From the NCBI GenBank assembly GCA_043228905.1, contig JBHGNT010000004.1, positions 21,824,001 through 21,888,000 of the forward strand: a stretch of DNA of 64,000 nt. Reading direction: 5' to 3'. This DNA is from Azolla caroliniana. Taxonomy: Eukaryota > Plantae > Polypodiophyta. This document shows positions 1-12,309 of this stretch, piece by piece (position 1 is the stretch's first letter; each line of letters opens with the position of its first letter). A program made the translations under genes and the position numbers. Under the pieces are notes generated by a model. It was not told the origin of the DNA and did not search any database. It saw nothing but the letters and a program-made list of their open reading frames with translations.

Positions 1-177
1 TGCTGTTGTAACCTACCCTACCTTGGTCCGGCTCGAAGTCGGGGTTGTATCTTTTCCCTTGTAATATACATACTCATATCTATTTGTGCATATTAGTGTA
101 TTGGTGGTGTTGGGAGCATAGCCCGTTGTTTCCTGTGCATAAGAGTCGGTATCGCGCACATGCTTTCTTTCTTTCTT

Positions 178-212
<35 letters not shown>

Positions 213-3200
213 TCCGGAGTCGGTTTTCCCGGCATCCCTTGCTCCCTCGTCCGAGACCCTCGTGGTCCCGCCCCTTCTACACACATGCACGTAATAACAC
301 GACATCTTTGATGAACCCGACGTGAAGGGAGGCAAGGGAGAATGGAGTTGGAAGAAGACGACTTCATGCAACTTTTTGTCGAAGCAGTGAGAGAGTTTGG
401 ACGAGCAACAACAAAAAGAGAGACGACGCAACAAGCCGTTGAGCGAGTGGTCGAAAGAGTCGGCCGTTTCAATGGGGACAAAGTCCCATTCTACTTGGAA
501 GCCTACAACGCGGAAATGGAGGAGCGAGACGTAGACGAGGCATTGAGGTTGGGGTTCTTCTGTCGGGTTGTCGCCGTCCGCATGCACGCTGAAGTGAAGG
601 AGCTATGAGAAGCTCATAGTTTGTGGGAGGTCTTCGAAGAGGCGCTCCTGCAGGCATATGGAGGACGGTGGAAGAGCCGGGGACGACGCGGCTTCGACCA
701 GTGGGTGGCATCGGCGAAGACCCACCGGGGTGCAATGAAGGCGCTCCGAGAGTTCGAGCGATGGCTTACTCGGCTCCCGGAGCGGGAGCAAGGTTTGGTG
801 GGGACGGACAAAGTCCAGTTGTTCGTTAGGTCGATCGACCGAGAGGAACGGGAGGCCATCGGGATTGAGCTTGAAGACGAGGACGGAGCGAATGGCCTTA
901 CGGATGACTGGTCGAAGGTCGGAAGGGTATGCCAATGACTAGATAACGAGTGGGCCGAGAAGGCTAGGAAGAAGGCGCGCAACGGCGCACCATCATAGCG
1001 GGAAGAGGTCGAGCGACAAAGAGAGTTGGCAAGGCTCAACTTCGGGGCTAGGATTGCGGAGGCGTATGCAGCTCTCGAGGCAATGCTCGAGGAAGAGGAA
1101 AGATCGAGGCTGCAAGCCGACGCTGGGGAGACGGACCTACCCCACGAGATGGCAGAAGATCGGTACGACGGTACCACGGGAGAGGGTGCAGAAAAAAACG
1201 CCCTCTCGGATTGTGGAGATAGAGCGGCCGAGGACAAGGCCGAGATACCGATCGCAGAATTGGAACGTTAGGACCGGCGGTTTTAGGCACGTCAGCCCGA
1301 AACTCCAGGCATTGGAGAAGCAAGCCCAGGCGGGGCTTGTGCGATCGAGAAGAAGACGACCACCGACCACGAGGAGTCGGTGGCTACGGACAAGGGCGTA
1401 AATAGGACGGGCGATTCTACGCGTCTTCCCACACTTTCTCCCAAGACGATGGTAGTCGGGCCCGAGTGCCCACGTGAGTCCCAAGAGGAGGAAGGTGGCG
1501 GCGTGAGACCGAGAATCGCCGACGAGACGATACGAGGAAGGAGCGGACTAGAGCCCTCGGAACCGATTCCGAAGAACTCGGCATTCGGGCCCTTACGCCC
1601 ACATGAGACCGAGGAGATGGATGATGGTATCGAGGAGTCCTGGTACGAGGCCAGTGAAGATGGATGGGAAATGGCCCGCGAGAAGGTCGACGAAGGAACC
1701 AAGAAACGACCTGACTGGGGACCGAACCGCGCAACACTCCGACTCGGGTCAAGCGCGATGCGGTCGTGGATTGTTCGACCGAGGCCAGAATCGGCATGAA
1801 GGAGTCGATATGGGAGGGGGTGCAAAGTGGGCCGCCCTCTTTTACATGGGGAGAATGATCGACCGGGCGAAGGTCGGGAATCAGGAAGAAGATGATTGAG
1901 GGCACGAAACGAGTCCGGTAGGATCGGCATCGAAGCCGAATCTCCGGACATTGGAGAATCAAGCCCAGGTAGGGCTTGATGGATCATAGAGCGGATGCTA
2001 TCCACTGACACCACTAAAAGGGTCGGTGGCCTGGGACGAGTCGCTGAAAGACGTTACGAAATCAGTTACCCCAGATCTTGTCCGGAGACTTCGGCAGTTC
2101 GGCCAGCGTGGTAACGTGAGACCAAAAGAGATGGAAGATGGAGACGGGAATGCAGCAAGGAGAGCGACAACGAGTTCAAGAGAAGTACAAGGGATGTAGC
2201 GGAGAGCGAAGACCGGTCCCATGGGTCACCTTGCACCGGATCTAGAGACTTTGGCGGTTGGCATCGGATCCGACGTAAGACCAAGATACTGACGGTGGCG
2301 GCAGGAGAACAGGACCCGGAGGCCGGGAAAATGGTACGTCGTTGGTACCACGGGAGAGGGTGTGGAGAGAGCCACCCTCTCGACTTGCGGAGAAAGACGA
2401 CCCGGGATAAGGGTCCGAGATACGACGAGCCCGAGGAGGATCCTTCACACCGGTTTTAGACACTTCGACGGTCGGCCTGAGAGCTGGTGTGAGACCTAGA
2501 GTGACGAACGGTGGCAGCGAGGGGATGACGGTGAAGGGTTGCGGATGGGAGGTCTACGGAGATCCTCACACCGATCCGGCGGCTGGCCTGAGTGCCGGCG
2601 TGAGTCCTATAGGAGAGATCGGTGGCGGTTGGTGAAAGTGACCAGCAGAAGAGGCCGACACGGGGGTCAGACTACGGCGAAGAAAAACGGCAAGCGGTGC
2701 TGCCACGACCTTACACACACCGGTTCTTGAGATCCGACGGATCTCAACGGTCCGCCCGAGAGTTGGCGTGAGACCTAGAGAAAGGAACGGTGGCGGCAAC
2801 AAGGTAGGCAACCGAGACGCCAAAAGGGGAGGTCCCACGAAGATCCTTACACCGATTCGGCGGTCGGCTCGATTTCCGGCGTGAGTCCTATAGGAAAGGA
2901 CGGTGGCGGCAGGTGAACGTGATCGGATGATGGGGCAGAGTGGCAAGGAGGTATTGGGCCGGCAAGGCAGCCACAAACCAAAACTGGACCTTCCGGCAAG
3001 GTCGATAGAAGGGCAGGGGGGGGGAGGAAGAAAAGAAAGACGGTCCTATGGGATCCTCACACCAATCCGGAGACATCGGCAGTTCAAGCCGATGTGGCAA
3101 CGTGAGACCGAGTGAGAAGGATGGTGGCGGGAAGTGCGGACCGGGAGCCGGCAAGGCCGGAGGTAACGGGGGCCGAACCCTTACCAGCCGGTTACGATTT

Positions 3201-4379
3201 CGGAAGGAAGCCGGTGAGGGGTAAAAACAGAGCAGAACAAGAGACGTGCGAGTGGCCATCTAGGGCCGAAGCAAGCACGAGTACGAGACGATGTTCGGCA
3301 CAAGCGGTGCCGAACAAGGAAGGCGGAAGACACCACGACGACCATAGAAGGAACAAGGAGCGCGTATTGGGGTCACCTAAGGACCGAAGAATGAACGTGC
3401 ATTCAGGGAACGATAACGGCACACGAGAAGAGCCTACGGAAGGCGAGCGCGGATCGGAGAGAGTCGGCACACGGAGGTGTTCAGGACATGGAGACGATCG
3501 AACCAACGGAGGGACATGCGCGGCACGCAAGGCACGGAATCCGGCGTACAACTGAAGTGACCAGGGGTGTTCGGGAGAACTGATCGGGGGAGGAAGGCGC
3601 AAACGTCGGATGCGATGGATCGGATGGAGCCGACGGATCAGGGCCAGTAACGAGCCGGCGAGACAGATGGGTGCCGGTAAGGCGGAGGACCCGGTTAATC
3701 ACCGTCGCCGAAATCTCTCACCCATTTTCCTTTCTTGGCACATATCGGTGGATGTGCGGTTTGGTGGGGGTGGATGTCGTGAAGATTTCCGGCTATAGTG
3801 TGAAACCGGGGTGGAGTAGGGCAAGTCGATGGCGTGCAGCATGTGCACATGTATAGTAAGGAACGGTGTGTAGAATAAAGAGGGAGTATTTGTCCCACAT
3901 TGTAACACCCTCCCCTCCTTGGTCTATAAAAGGAGGGAGGGGTCCCTTGTTGAGGGGTTGCCCATTTTTGAGTTAGGAGGGTATACTGTTAGATTTAGGA
4001 TTAGACAGTTTCTCCTATTCTTACTTCATTCTAGGGTTTCATCTTGATTGTTCTTTTTCTTCTTGTTCTTCTTCTTTGTCATTGTGTGGGGTGAGAGTTC
4101 GTGTCTGTTAGGGTTTGCTTCTACTCGGTCTCCTGTGCAAGACCCTGCTCGACGCGATGAGCCTGAGAGCTCCCCGATCGGCGGCTTGGCAGCAGACTGT
4201 TGTTGTAACCTACCCTACCTTGGTCCGGCTCAAAGTCGGGGTTGTATCTTTTCCCTTGTAATATACATACTCATATCGGTTTGTGCATATTGGTGTATTG
4301 GTGGTGTCGAGAGCATAGCCCGTTGTTTCATGTGCATAAGAGTCGGTGTCGCGCGCATGCTCTCTTTCTTTCTTTCTTT

Positions 4380-4425
<46 letters not shown>

Positions 4426-4538
4426 TTCGGTTGCCTCCGAGACGTGTCCGGAGTCGGTTTTCCCGGCATCCCTTCCCCCCTCGTCCAAGACCCCCATGGT
4501 CCCGCCCCTTCTACACGCACACGCGTAATAATGCGAGA
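1..4538 (+). mobile_element. E1: non-autonomous gag-only (TR-GAG-like) gypsy LTR element, tRNA-Trp primed; 5' LTR cut by the window edge
   Basis: 5' LTR ends ...AACACGACA at 304. PBS-like TGATGAACCCGACGTGA at 309-325. PPT-like GGTGGGGGTGGA, then 3' LTR 3775-4538 (TGTCGTG...ATGCGAGA), which repeats 1-304. No pol motifs inside. Right flank ACGC. Confidence 0.85.
342..1271 (+). pseudogene. gag: Gag (capsid-like) of E1, with in-frame stops
   Basis: VERVGRFNGDKVPFYLEAYNAEM...VRSIDREEREAIGIELEDEDGANGLTDDW aligns by eye with G1 Gag (32809+) and E4 Gag. Stops at 606-608 and 936-938 are TGA, consistent with CGA decay. Confidence 0.8.
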
Positions 4539-4645
4539 ACGCATTTCACAAACAGACGAACGCAGTATCCATCTCTCTCGCTCGCCTCGCTCTTACCAAC
4601 CCCATCACTCTCCTCGCTCGCACAGTACATGACCTGTTGGTCACC

Positions 4646-6106
4646 ATGGCCATTGAAATTCCGCCTACCCTCCGACAATGGCTCATTGTTCATGGCCTTG
4701 CATGTTACATCCACATCGCTGAAACCCAACCCCATCCCAACGCTCAAGACATCGGCTCCAACCTCAACATCGATACCATCATGAACACCATGGTCCGAAA
4801 GAAGCTCGGTCTCAACTTGCTTGGGACCGATGCTTGGAGATCCCTCCTGTCACCATATTGGATAAATATTTCGGTGAATACTCGGCCTCTGCCAAGGCGT
4901 ATAAGATCCAGCAGGCACCAAACATTTTCTTTTGAGATGTCGCTGAATTCATGTTGGAGGTAGCCTGAGTGCACTTGAAATCATACGGAATGCCAAAACA
5001 CAAAGCAGGGGTGATCATCGGCACATATGAGGAAGAAAATGTCTGGTGCGTGCTGGATCTTATTTAAAGCAGGGGTGACCATCGATTGGGGATACATCAC
5101 ATGTGCGGCCTGACATGCTTGGGTGATCGCCCTGCATGCAAAGAGGAAAATGGTTCCCATCATCGCACAGTACTTGACAATACAATTTCCACCTATCACA
5201 TCACTCCCACCCCGAATACGGCCGGCCAAGTTGTATCATGGATGTCGGTCTCTGGCCAAAAGAAGTGGCTTCGCGAACTTCAGACGGTGAGTGGCAAGAC
5301 GAAGAAAATGAGCGGCCTTAGAAAACTGCGCCCTCTGGTTTGACAAAATCGACCACCATCACCACCACCACAAAGGGTTGACAAACGGAGTCCACGGAGC
5401 CAGACCTCTAAACGACAAAACAACATCATGAGGAAGCTCCTTGAAGCCCCAAACCAAAACTCCGTCATTTGGAGTGAAAAATCGGCCAAGGCCTAGCGAA
5501 AGACACAGCCACGAAGCCGGCTACAGAGGCACCGATCGAGTCGTTAGCAATAGTTGTTCCGAACACAACAACAGGAACGAAACTTACCGAGAAGTTGGAA
5601 CGGGGGAAAGGATCCCTAATTCAAGAAAGCGAAGTCCTCGTTTATCGGGAGATCCTAGTGGTAGGCATGAATTCGCAGCTATCTGACAGTTCGGCACGAC
5701 ATTCGAACTGGTCGAATTCCTCGTTACACAACAAACAAGTCACAGCGGCCAGGCGTCTGGCTGACGAACACACAGAGCGCCAGATGATCCAATGCACTAT
5801 TGCTGGATTAATAGAGTCGGAAGAGGAAAATGACTTGCGTAAGATCGGCCAGAAACGACACAGGGATGGAGCCCACACAACAATTGAATTGCCAGCAGTA
5901 CACATGGCCCTGGTCGAAGTGCACCAAGAGTTGGCTCAGGTGCGACTCGAAGCAAAGGACATGGCATACAAGAATAAGTAGGTGAGACAAACAGAGGAGC
6001 ACAAGTGGCAGATACAAGAGCTACAAGAAGGTATGACCGAATTAGAACTACAACTACAAAATGCCACATCCGCGACCCCCACAGAAGGCTCCTCCACAGA
6101 TGACAG
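4646..6106 (+). pseudogene. Decayed relic of the G2-type extra 3' ORF; oldest layer of the nest
   Basis: IPPTLRQWLIVHGLACYIHIAETQPHPNAQ and MPKHKAGVIIGTYE match LSEAARKWFRQHGLDGFLTIMEAPPHKEAD and MPKNRAGMIIATYE in the ORF at 48060+. Ends in coiled-coil-like sequence. Confidence 0.7.
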
Positions 6107-6402
6107 TGTTGGGAATTTGGCCCCTCTGGATGAGAATCGGACGAGCCAAGGGAAAGAACCGGATAGAATGGATCCAAAAGATATCCGGAAACCGGATCGG
6201 ATGGATCCGATTGGTATCTGGTTAGACATTAGTTTATGTATATGTTATAATGTGATTGTTTCAGGTCCTATTTGTAGATAGTGACGGGAACTCAAGGCTC
6301 CTTATACGCAACACTCGGCCACAACCGAGCTTAGAATCACACACAGAAAATGGGAAATAATGAACGACATGAATAAGAGACGAGTACGCAGGATGTTTAC
6401 GT

Positions 6403-9400
6403 TGTCGTGAAGATTTTCATCCATAGGCGGAAACCGGAGTGGAAGGGGCAAGTCGGTGGTGTGCAACATGTGCACATGTATACTAGGATATGGTGTATAG
6501 AAAGAGAGGGGAAAATTTTGTCCCACATTGTAAGGTCCCTCCCTCCTTGGGCTATAAAAGGAGGGGAGGAGTCACTTATGAAGGGGTTGCCTATTTTGTG
6601 CGAGTAAGGTATACCACTTAGTCTAGGGTTCTCCCTCTTCCCATTTCGGTTAGGGTTTTCTTCTTGGGTTTCCCTTTAGGGTTTTCGGATAGTCATTTTG
6701 GGGCGGCCATGGCGGCCACCACTGTTGTAACCGTTCGTTGTTTTAACATAACTTGTTGAACATCTTGCCTCGGCCGATCTCTCCTCGATGTCGTGGTCTT
6801 ATTCTTTCCTCTTCTCCTCTTGAGCTAAGCCTCCATATCATATCCTATTCTTTCTCTTGCACTCCCTAGTCCAAGACCCCCGCGGTCCTGCCCCTTCTAC
6901 ACGCACGCGCGTAACAACGCGACATCTTTGGTGAACCCGACGTGAAGGGCGGTAAGGGAGCATGGAGATGGAAGAAGACTTGGACTTTGAGGAGATGATG
7001 GCAAAAATCGTGATGGAAGCCGGACGGAAAATGGCGAAGCGAGATGCGGCTCAACAAGCCATCGAAAGGGTGGTCGATCGAGTCGACCGATTCAACGGGG
7101 ACGATGTCCCGAGGTTCTTGGAAGCGTACGAGGCCGAGATGGCGAAAGGGGGCGTGGACGAGGAGATGCGGCTAGAGTATTTTCCTCGAGTGGCGGCTAC
7201 ATCGGTGCACAAGGAGGTCAAGGAGCTACGAGAAGCTCATGAGTCGTGGGTGTCCTTTGAGGGAGCCCTATTGGAAGCGTGCGGATATGCGAAACCGGAG
7301 TGGGTATGCCGGCAACCCGATGGGGAGCGGTCGGCAACAACGTGGCCCGCGAGCGGCAGAGAAGAGAGAGTGGTGAGTGAGTACGCACTACCGCCGGAAG
7401 AGAGCTCAACGCAAAACGGTTCGGAGGAGCTCGACCTAGAAGCGCTAATACGAGAGGCATGCGAGCTTGTGAAGGCGAAAATCGGAGCCGAAGAAGGGCT
7501 TGTTATGGAGACGGGCCGAAGGCAATTGGAGGATGCGGAGGAAGAAGCCTCCCTAGACGTAGAAGACGGGGCCTATACGGAGGCCGGGAGAGCGTACGAC
7601 GGCGAGATAGGAGAGGGTGCGGAGCAAGCGACCCTCTTGCCTTGTGGTGAAGGGACGGCCATGGAGGCCGGTAACTACGGATTCGGGACATGGCGGCCCG
7701 AAACATTGAGTGAGGAGCGGACAAGCGGCGGTGCCGCGACCTTACACACACCGGTCCTAGAGACTCTGGCATCCGGCCCGAGAGCCGGTGTGAGACCTAG
7801 AGTGACGGACGGTGGCGGCGGCAAGGCGGGCAACCGAGACGACGACATGGGAGAGATGGTGGCAAGCGTAATCGAGGTTTGCGGAATCGGAGATGGGGTA
7901 GCCGCGGACAACGACGACCGGACGGAAGCGGCTACTGACACAACGATTGGCGGTGCCGGGTCCTTACCCACACCGGTCCTAGAGGCTCCGGTGGCCGGCC
8001 CGAGTGCCGGCGTGAGACCTAGAGCGACGGGCGGTGGTGGAGGCAAGGCGGCCTACCACGGCGACGAAGGGAACGAGGAAAAGATAGCCACGGACCACGG
8101 CGTCCGAACGAAGGTGGCTACGAACATGGCATTGGCGAGTAACGGTATCGGGACTTTTCCCACACCTATTCTAGAGACTTCGGCAGTCGGCCCCGAGAGC
8201 CCACGAGAGACCGGAGAGACGGAAGGTGGCGGCGGCAAAGCGGACGATCGAAACGACGACGAGGAAGGTCATAGCGGACGAAGGCAAGACCTCTCGACAC
8301 TGAGACCGGAGACTACGACGGTTGCGCTCGAATGCCAACATAAGACCGGAGAGAAGGGCGGTGGCCGTGAGGAGGTGTGGCCCGGAGCGAACACGTACGA
8401 AGATGAGGACGCGAGGCCCGGAACGGGCATATACGAGAGGACCAACGGAGAGGTCGGGAGCGGCGAAGAGGAGAGAGTCGGGAACCGACCCGACCGGAAG
8501 ATGGACCGGTCGATAATCCGACATGACCGGAAGACGACGCGGAAGAACATTGGAGCGGGGTCTGGTCAACCGGGCCCGAACCGAAGAAGAGCTGGCAAGG
8601 TCGGATTTGTTCGGACAAACATCTACCGGCCGGTTACGATTACGGAAGGGAGCCGACCTAACCGGAACTCGATCGGCCGAGACCGATCCGGGCGAAGGCT
8701 AAGTTGGCACGGTTGGAGGTCGAGGCGAACGGGCCACAACACCCGGTGGGAGCCGGTGAGCGTGAGAAGGAAGCTAACCGGGCACGGTGATTACGGCTTG
8801 GCAGAAGACCGAGAGCGAGAGGAGCCCTCCACATCTATCCTTGAGACTTCGGCGGTTGCGGATCAACATAAGACCGGAGACACGACGGGTGGCGGCGAGG
8901 AGTCGGAGATCGGAACTGACGAGGCCACTAGAACGGGTACCCGGTGCGTGAAGACGGATGAGCACGGCCAAGACGGCAAGCCGGAGTCGAAAGGGGCTAC
9001 GGCAAGAAAGGACGAAGAGACCGACGCGGAGGTCAGGTCTAGGACGGATGAGGCGCGTAAAACGTAGCATGCACTACGGCCAGTGAAGGGCCAAGAAGTA
9101 AGCATGCACCCGGAAGAGCGGCAACGAGTGACCGGCAACGGTGGACCGGTCGAGCCTTTGAGAGACAAGCACGCGGCGAGAGACGAAGCCGTAAGGAGCC
9201 GAGATCAGCGGATGGGTGGCGAGAGCGAAGGATGGTGCGCGGAGAACAACGGGGTACACACCGGGAAGAGAAAACGCAGCGGCTTCCCGGAGGACATACA
9301 AGGCCAAGCGGGGCAAGAGGGCGCAAGCCGAGGTGAGGCGGTAACGAGAACCTCGAGGGACACCGACACCGAGGTCGGGAGGACGGTACGCTCTACGGTG

Positions 9401-11009
9401 AGAGAGCACGACGGGCAAAGGAGAGGCAAGGAAGGCGGAATGGGGTCGCCTAAGGGCCAAAGAATGAGCGCATATTCGGGGGACAACATCGGCGCACGAG
9501 AAGGGCCCATTGAAGGCAAGCGCGGAGCAGGAAGAGTCGACACGCCGAGGTGTTCGGCATGCGGAGATGATAAAACCAAAGGAGGAACATACGCGGCACG
9601 AAAAGGGCGGAATCCGGAGTACGATCGGAGAGTTCAGGAGCGCACCCGGAGGACATACGAGCCTTTGCGAGGAATGCGCGCGGCGAGAGATGGAGTGGTG
9701 AGGTGCCGGTATCGGCGGATGATCGACGAGCGTGAAAGGCTATGTCTTGAGAACCGGAGGAGGTGCGTGGAGAGCAACGGGCTACGCGCCAGGAAGAGGA
9801 AGCACGGCTTCCCGGAAGGCATGCGAGGCCAAGCGGGCCAAGAGGACGAGAGTCAGGATGAAGCGGTAATGGGAGTCGCGAAGGACGTTGACATGGTGGT
9901 CGGGATGACGGTACGCTCTACGGCAAGAGAGAACGACGAGCAAGGGAGAAGCAAGGAGCGCGTAATGGGGTCACGTAAGGACCGAAGAACGAGCACGCAT
10001 TCGATGGACGACAACGACGCACGGAAAGTGCCTACGGAAGCCGAGTGCAGAACGAAGGGGGTCGGTACGAGGTGTTCGGGGCGAGGAGAAGGTTGAGCCG
10101 GAGGTGGAACACACGCGATACGCGAGGAGCGGCACCCGACGAGCGATCGAAGTAATCGGGGGTCTAACCGGAGGACATGCGCGGTGAGCGAAGGAAGGGA
10201 GACCGGATCGGCAACGGTGATCGGGATGGCCGGTCGAAGAAGAAGGTGCATGCGACGGACATGGCGGATCGGATGGAGCCGACGGTTCGGGGAAACGTGG
10301 TGGACGTGGTGGATCGGATGGAGTCGGCGGGTCGGGGCCGGCAAGATGGATCGGCGCCAGCAAGGGACCGGCAAGAAGGTTGGGTGCCGGTAAGGCGAAA
10401 GACCCGGTTGATCACCGTGGACGAAATCTCTCACCCTTTTCCTTTCTTGGCACATACCGGTGGATGTGCGGTTTGGTGGGGGTGGATGTCGTGAAGATTT
10501 TCGTCCATAGGCGGAAACCGGAGTGGAAGGGGCAAGTCGGTGGTGTGCAACATGTGCACATGTATACTAGGATATGGTGTATAGAAAGAGAGGGGAAAAT
10601 TTTGTCCCACATTGTAAGGTCCCTCCCTCCTTGGGCTATAAAAGGAGAGGAGGGGTCACTTATGAAGGGGTTGCCTATTTTGTGCGAGTAAGGTATACCA
10701 CTTAGTCTAGGGTTCTCCCTCTTCCCATTTCGGTTAGGGTTTTCTTCTTGGGTTTCCCTTTAGGGTTTTCGGATAGTCATTTTGGGGCGGCCATGGCGGC
10801 CACCACTGTTTTAACCGTTCGTTGTTTTAACATAACTTGTTGAACATCTTGCCTCGGCCGATCTCTCCTTCGATGTCGTGGTCTTATTCTTTCCTCTTCT
10901 CCTCTTGAGCTAAGCCTCCATATCATGTCCTATTCTTTCTCCTGCACTCCCTAGTCCAAGTCCCCCGCGGTCCCGCCCCTTCTACACGCATGCGCGTAAC
11001 AACGCGACA
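6403..11009 (+). mobile_element. E2: non-autonomous gag-only gypsy element, tRNA-Trp PBS, inserted in the C1 LTR
   Basis: Near-identical LTRs 6403-6924 and 10487-11009 (TGTCG...CGACA). PBS TGGTGAACCCGACGTGA 6929-6945. 4-bp TSD ACGT at 6399-6402 and 11010-11013. Confidence 0.93.
6962..10096 (+). CDS. gag: E2 Gag N-terminus fused to a long acidic-then-basic low-complexity tail; one in-frame TAG at 9065-9067
   Basis: ORFs 6962-9067 and 9083-10096 share a frame. VDRFNGDDVPRFLEAYEAEM Gag motif. No PR, RT, RH or INT motifs. Confidence 0.7.
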
Positions 11010-11500
11010 ACGTGGAAAACCTAAACTAAGGGGAAAAACCACGGCATCCCACAGGCTGCAAACTATCACTATGTTAGAATGTACAACAGTGAGTTCATAG
11101 TGGCAACGACCTCGTGCTCATGATCCTCGCCACAGGCGGCGGTTACAACAGAGGCAACGACCTCTTTCTCTCTCTCTCTCTCTCTGTACACAGTTACGCG
11201 CTCTCTCTCTCCTTGCACCAACAAGAAAATGACAACGAACAATAACAAAAAGTTTGCCCTAAGTCATATTTATACTAATATGACTTTTCGACTATTTACA
11301 AATATAGCCTCGATGGACTCTCAGAAACATATTTACGAATATGTCTCTTCATCCGGTGAGCATTTCTCACCGGGTCTGCACCATCCGGCTCTCCGTAGCC
11401 AGGTACTCCTCATCCAGTTTCGGCCTCGGCCGAGTTTGTTTATCGGCACTGTTCTTCTCTCTTCCATCTGGAGGCACTTGTCTCCCAACAAACTCCCCCT

Positions 11501-12309
11501 TCACTCCGGCATGGGGTGTCTTACTAGTCCGATCCACTTTCGGCATGCATCCAGCTTGTCGAGTATCAACACTTTGGTCAGCATATCTGACCCGTTCTCG
11601 GCCGTGTGGATCTTCGTCAGCGCGAACTCCTGGTCATCTACTCTTTCCCGGATCTAGTGATACCTTCGCTGGATATGCTTCGTCCGGGAATGGTAGGCCA
11701 CATTCTTAGCAAGGTGGATGGCACTTTAACTGTCACAATAGAGTCAGTATTCATCTTGCCGGATACCGAGCTCTCCGATGAAGTCCTTCATCCATAATAT
11801 TTCCTTGCCGGCTTCCACAGCCGCCATGTACTCCGCTTCCTCTACTTCTTCTTCTGCCGGTTCGGTATCCTAACCGTAACCGGCTGGTTCCTCGAGTGCT
11901 AACAGGTCTCTTGCCGGTTGGGTCTGCTCGTCGTAGAGTCGATCCTTACCCGTCGACTCGGAGTTCATTATCTTCTTCTCCGACTCCCAGTCGGCGAGAG
12001 TCTTGTCCTCCATGAAGATAATATCTCAACTCTGGAATGCCTTCTTGTCGACCAGGTCCCACACTCGGTAGCCGAACTCATCATCGCCGTAACCGAGGAA
12101 TATGCATGGCCGGGTCTTTGGATCTAACTTTCCTCTCCGGTCCTTAGCTACATGCACGTACGCGAGACACCCGAACACCTTCAGATGCCTATAGGATACT
12201 TCCTTACCGGTCCATACTCTCTGTGGCGTGTCTCCGTCCAAGGGTATTGAGGGTGATCTATTTATCACATATGTCGCCGTCGACAATGCCTCAGCCCAAA
12301 ACTTCTTGG
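11501..12309 (-). pseudogene. pol: C1 pol remnant: integrase C-terminus joined directly to RNase H C-terminus
   Basis: KKFWAEALSTATYVINRSP...FGCLAYVH, followed shortly by EAEYMAAVEAGKE...HSRTKHI. The RT region is absent. Confidence 0.85.

Noticed and set aside
4048-4784. ORFs spanning (CT)n tracts in LTRs
   Set aside because: Microsatellite-driven open frames within LTR sequence.
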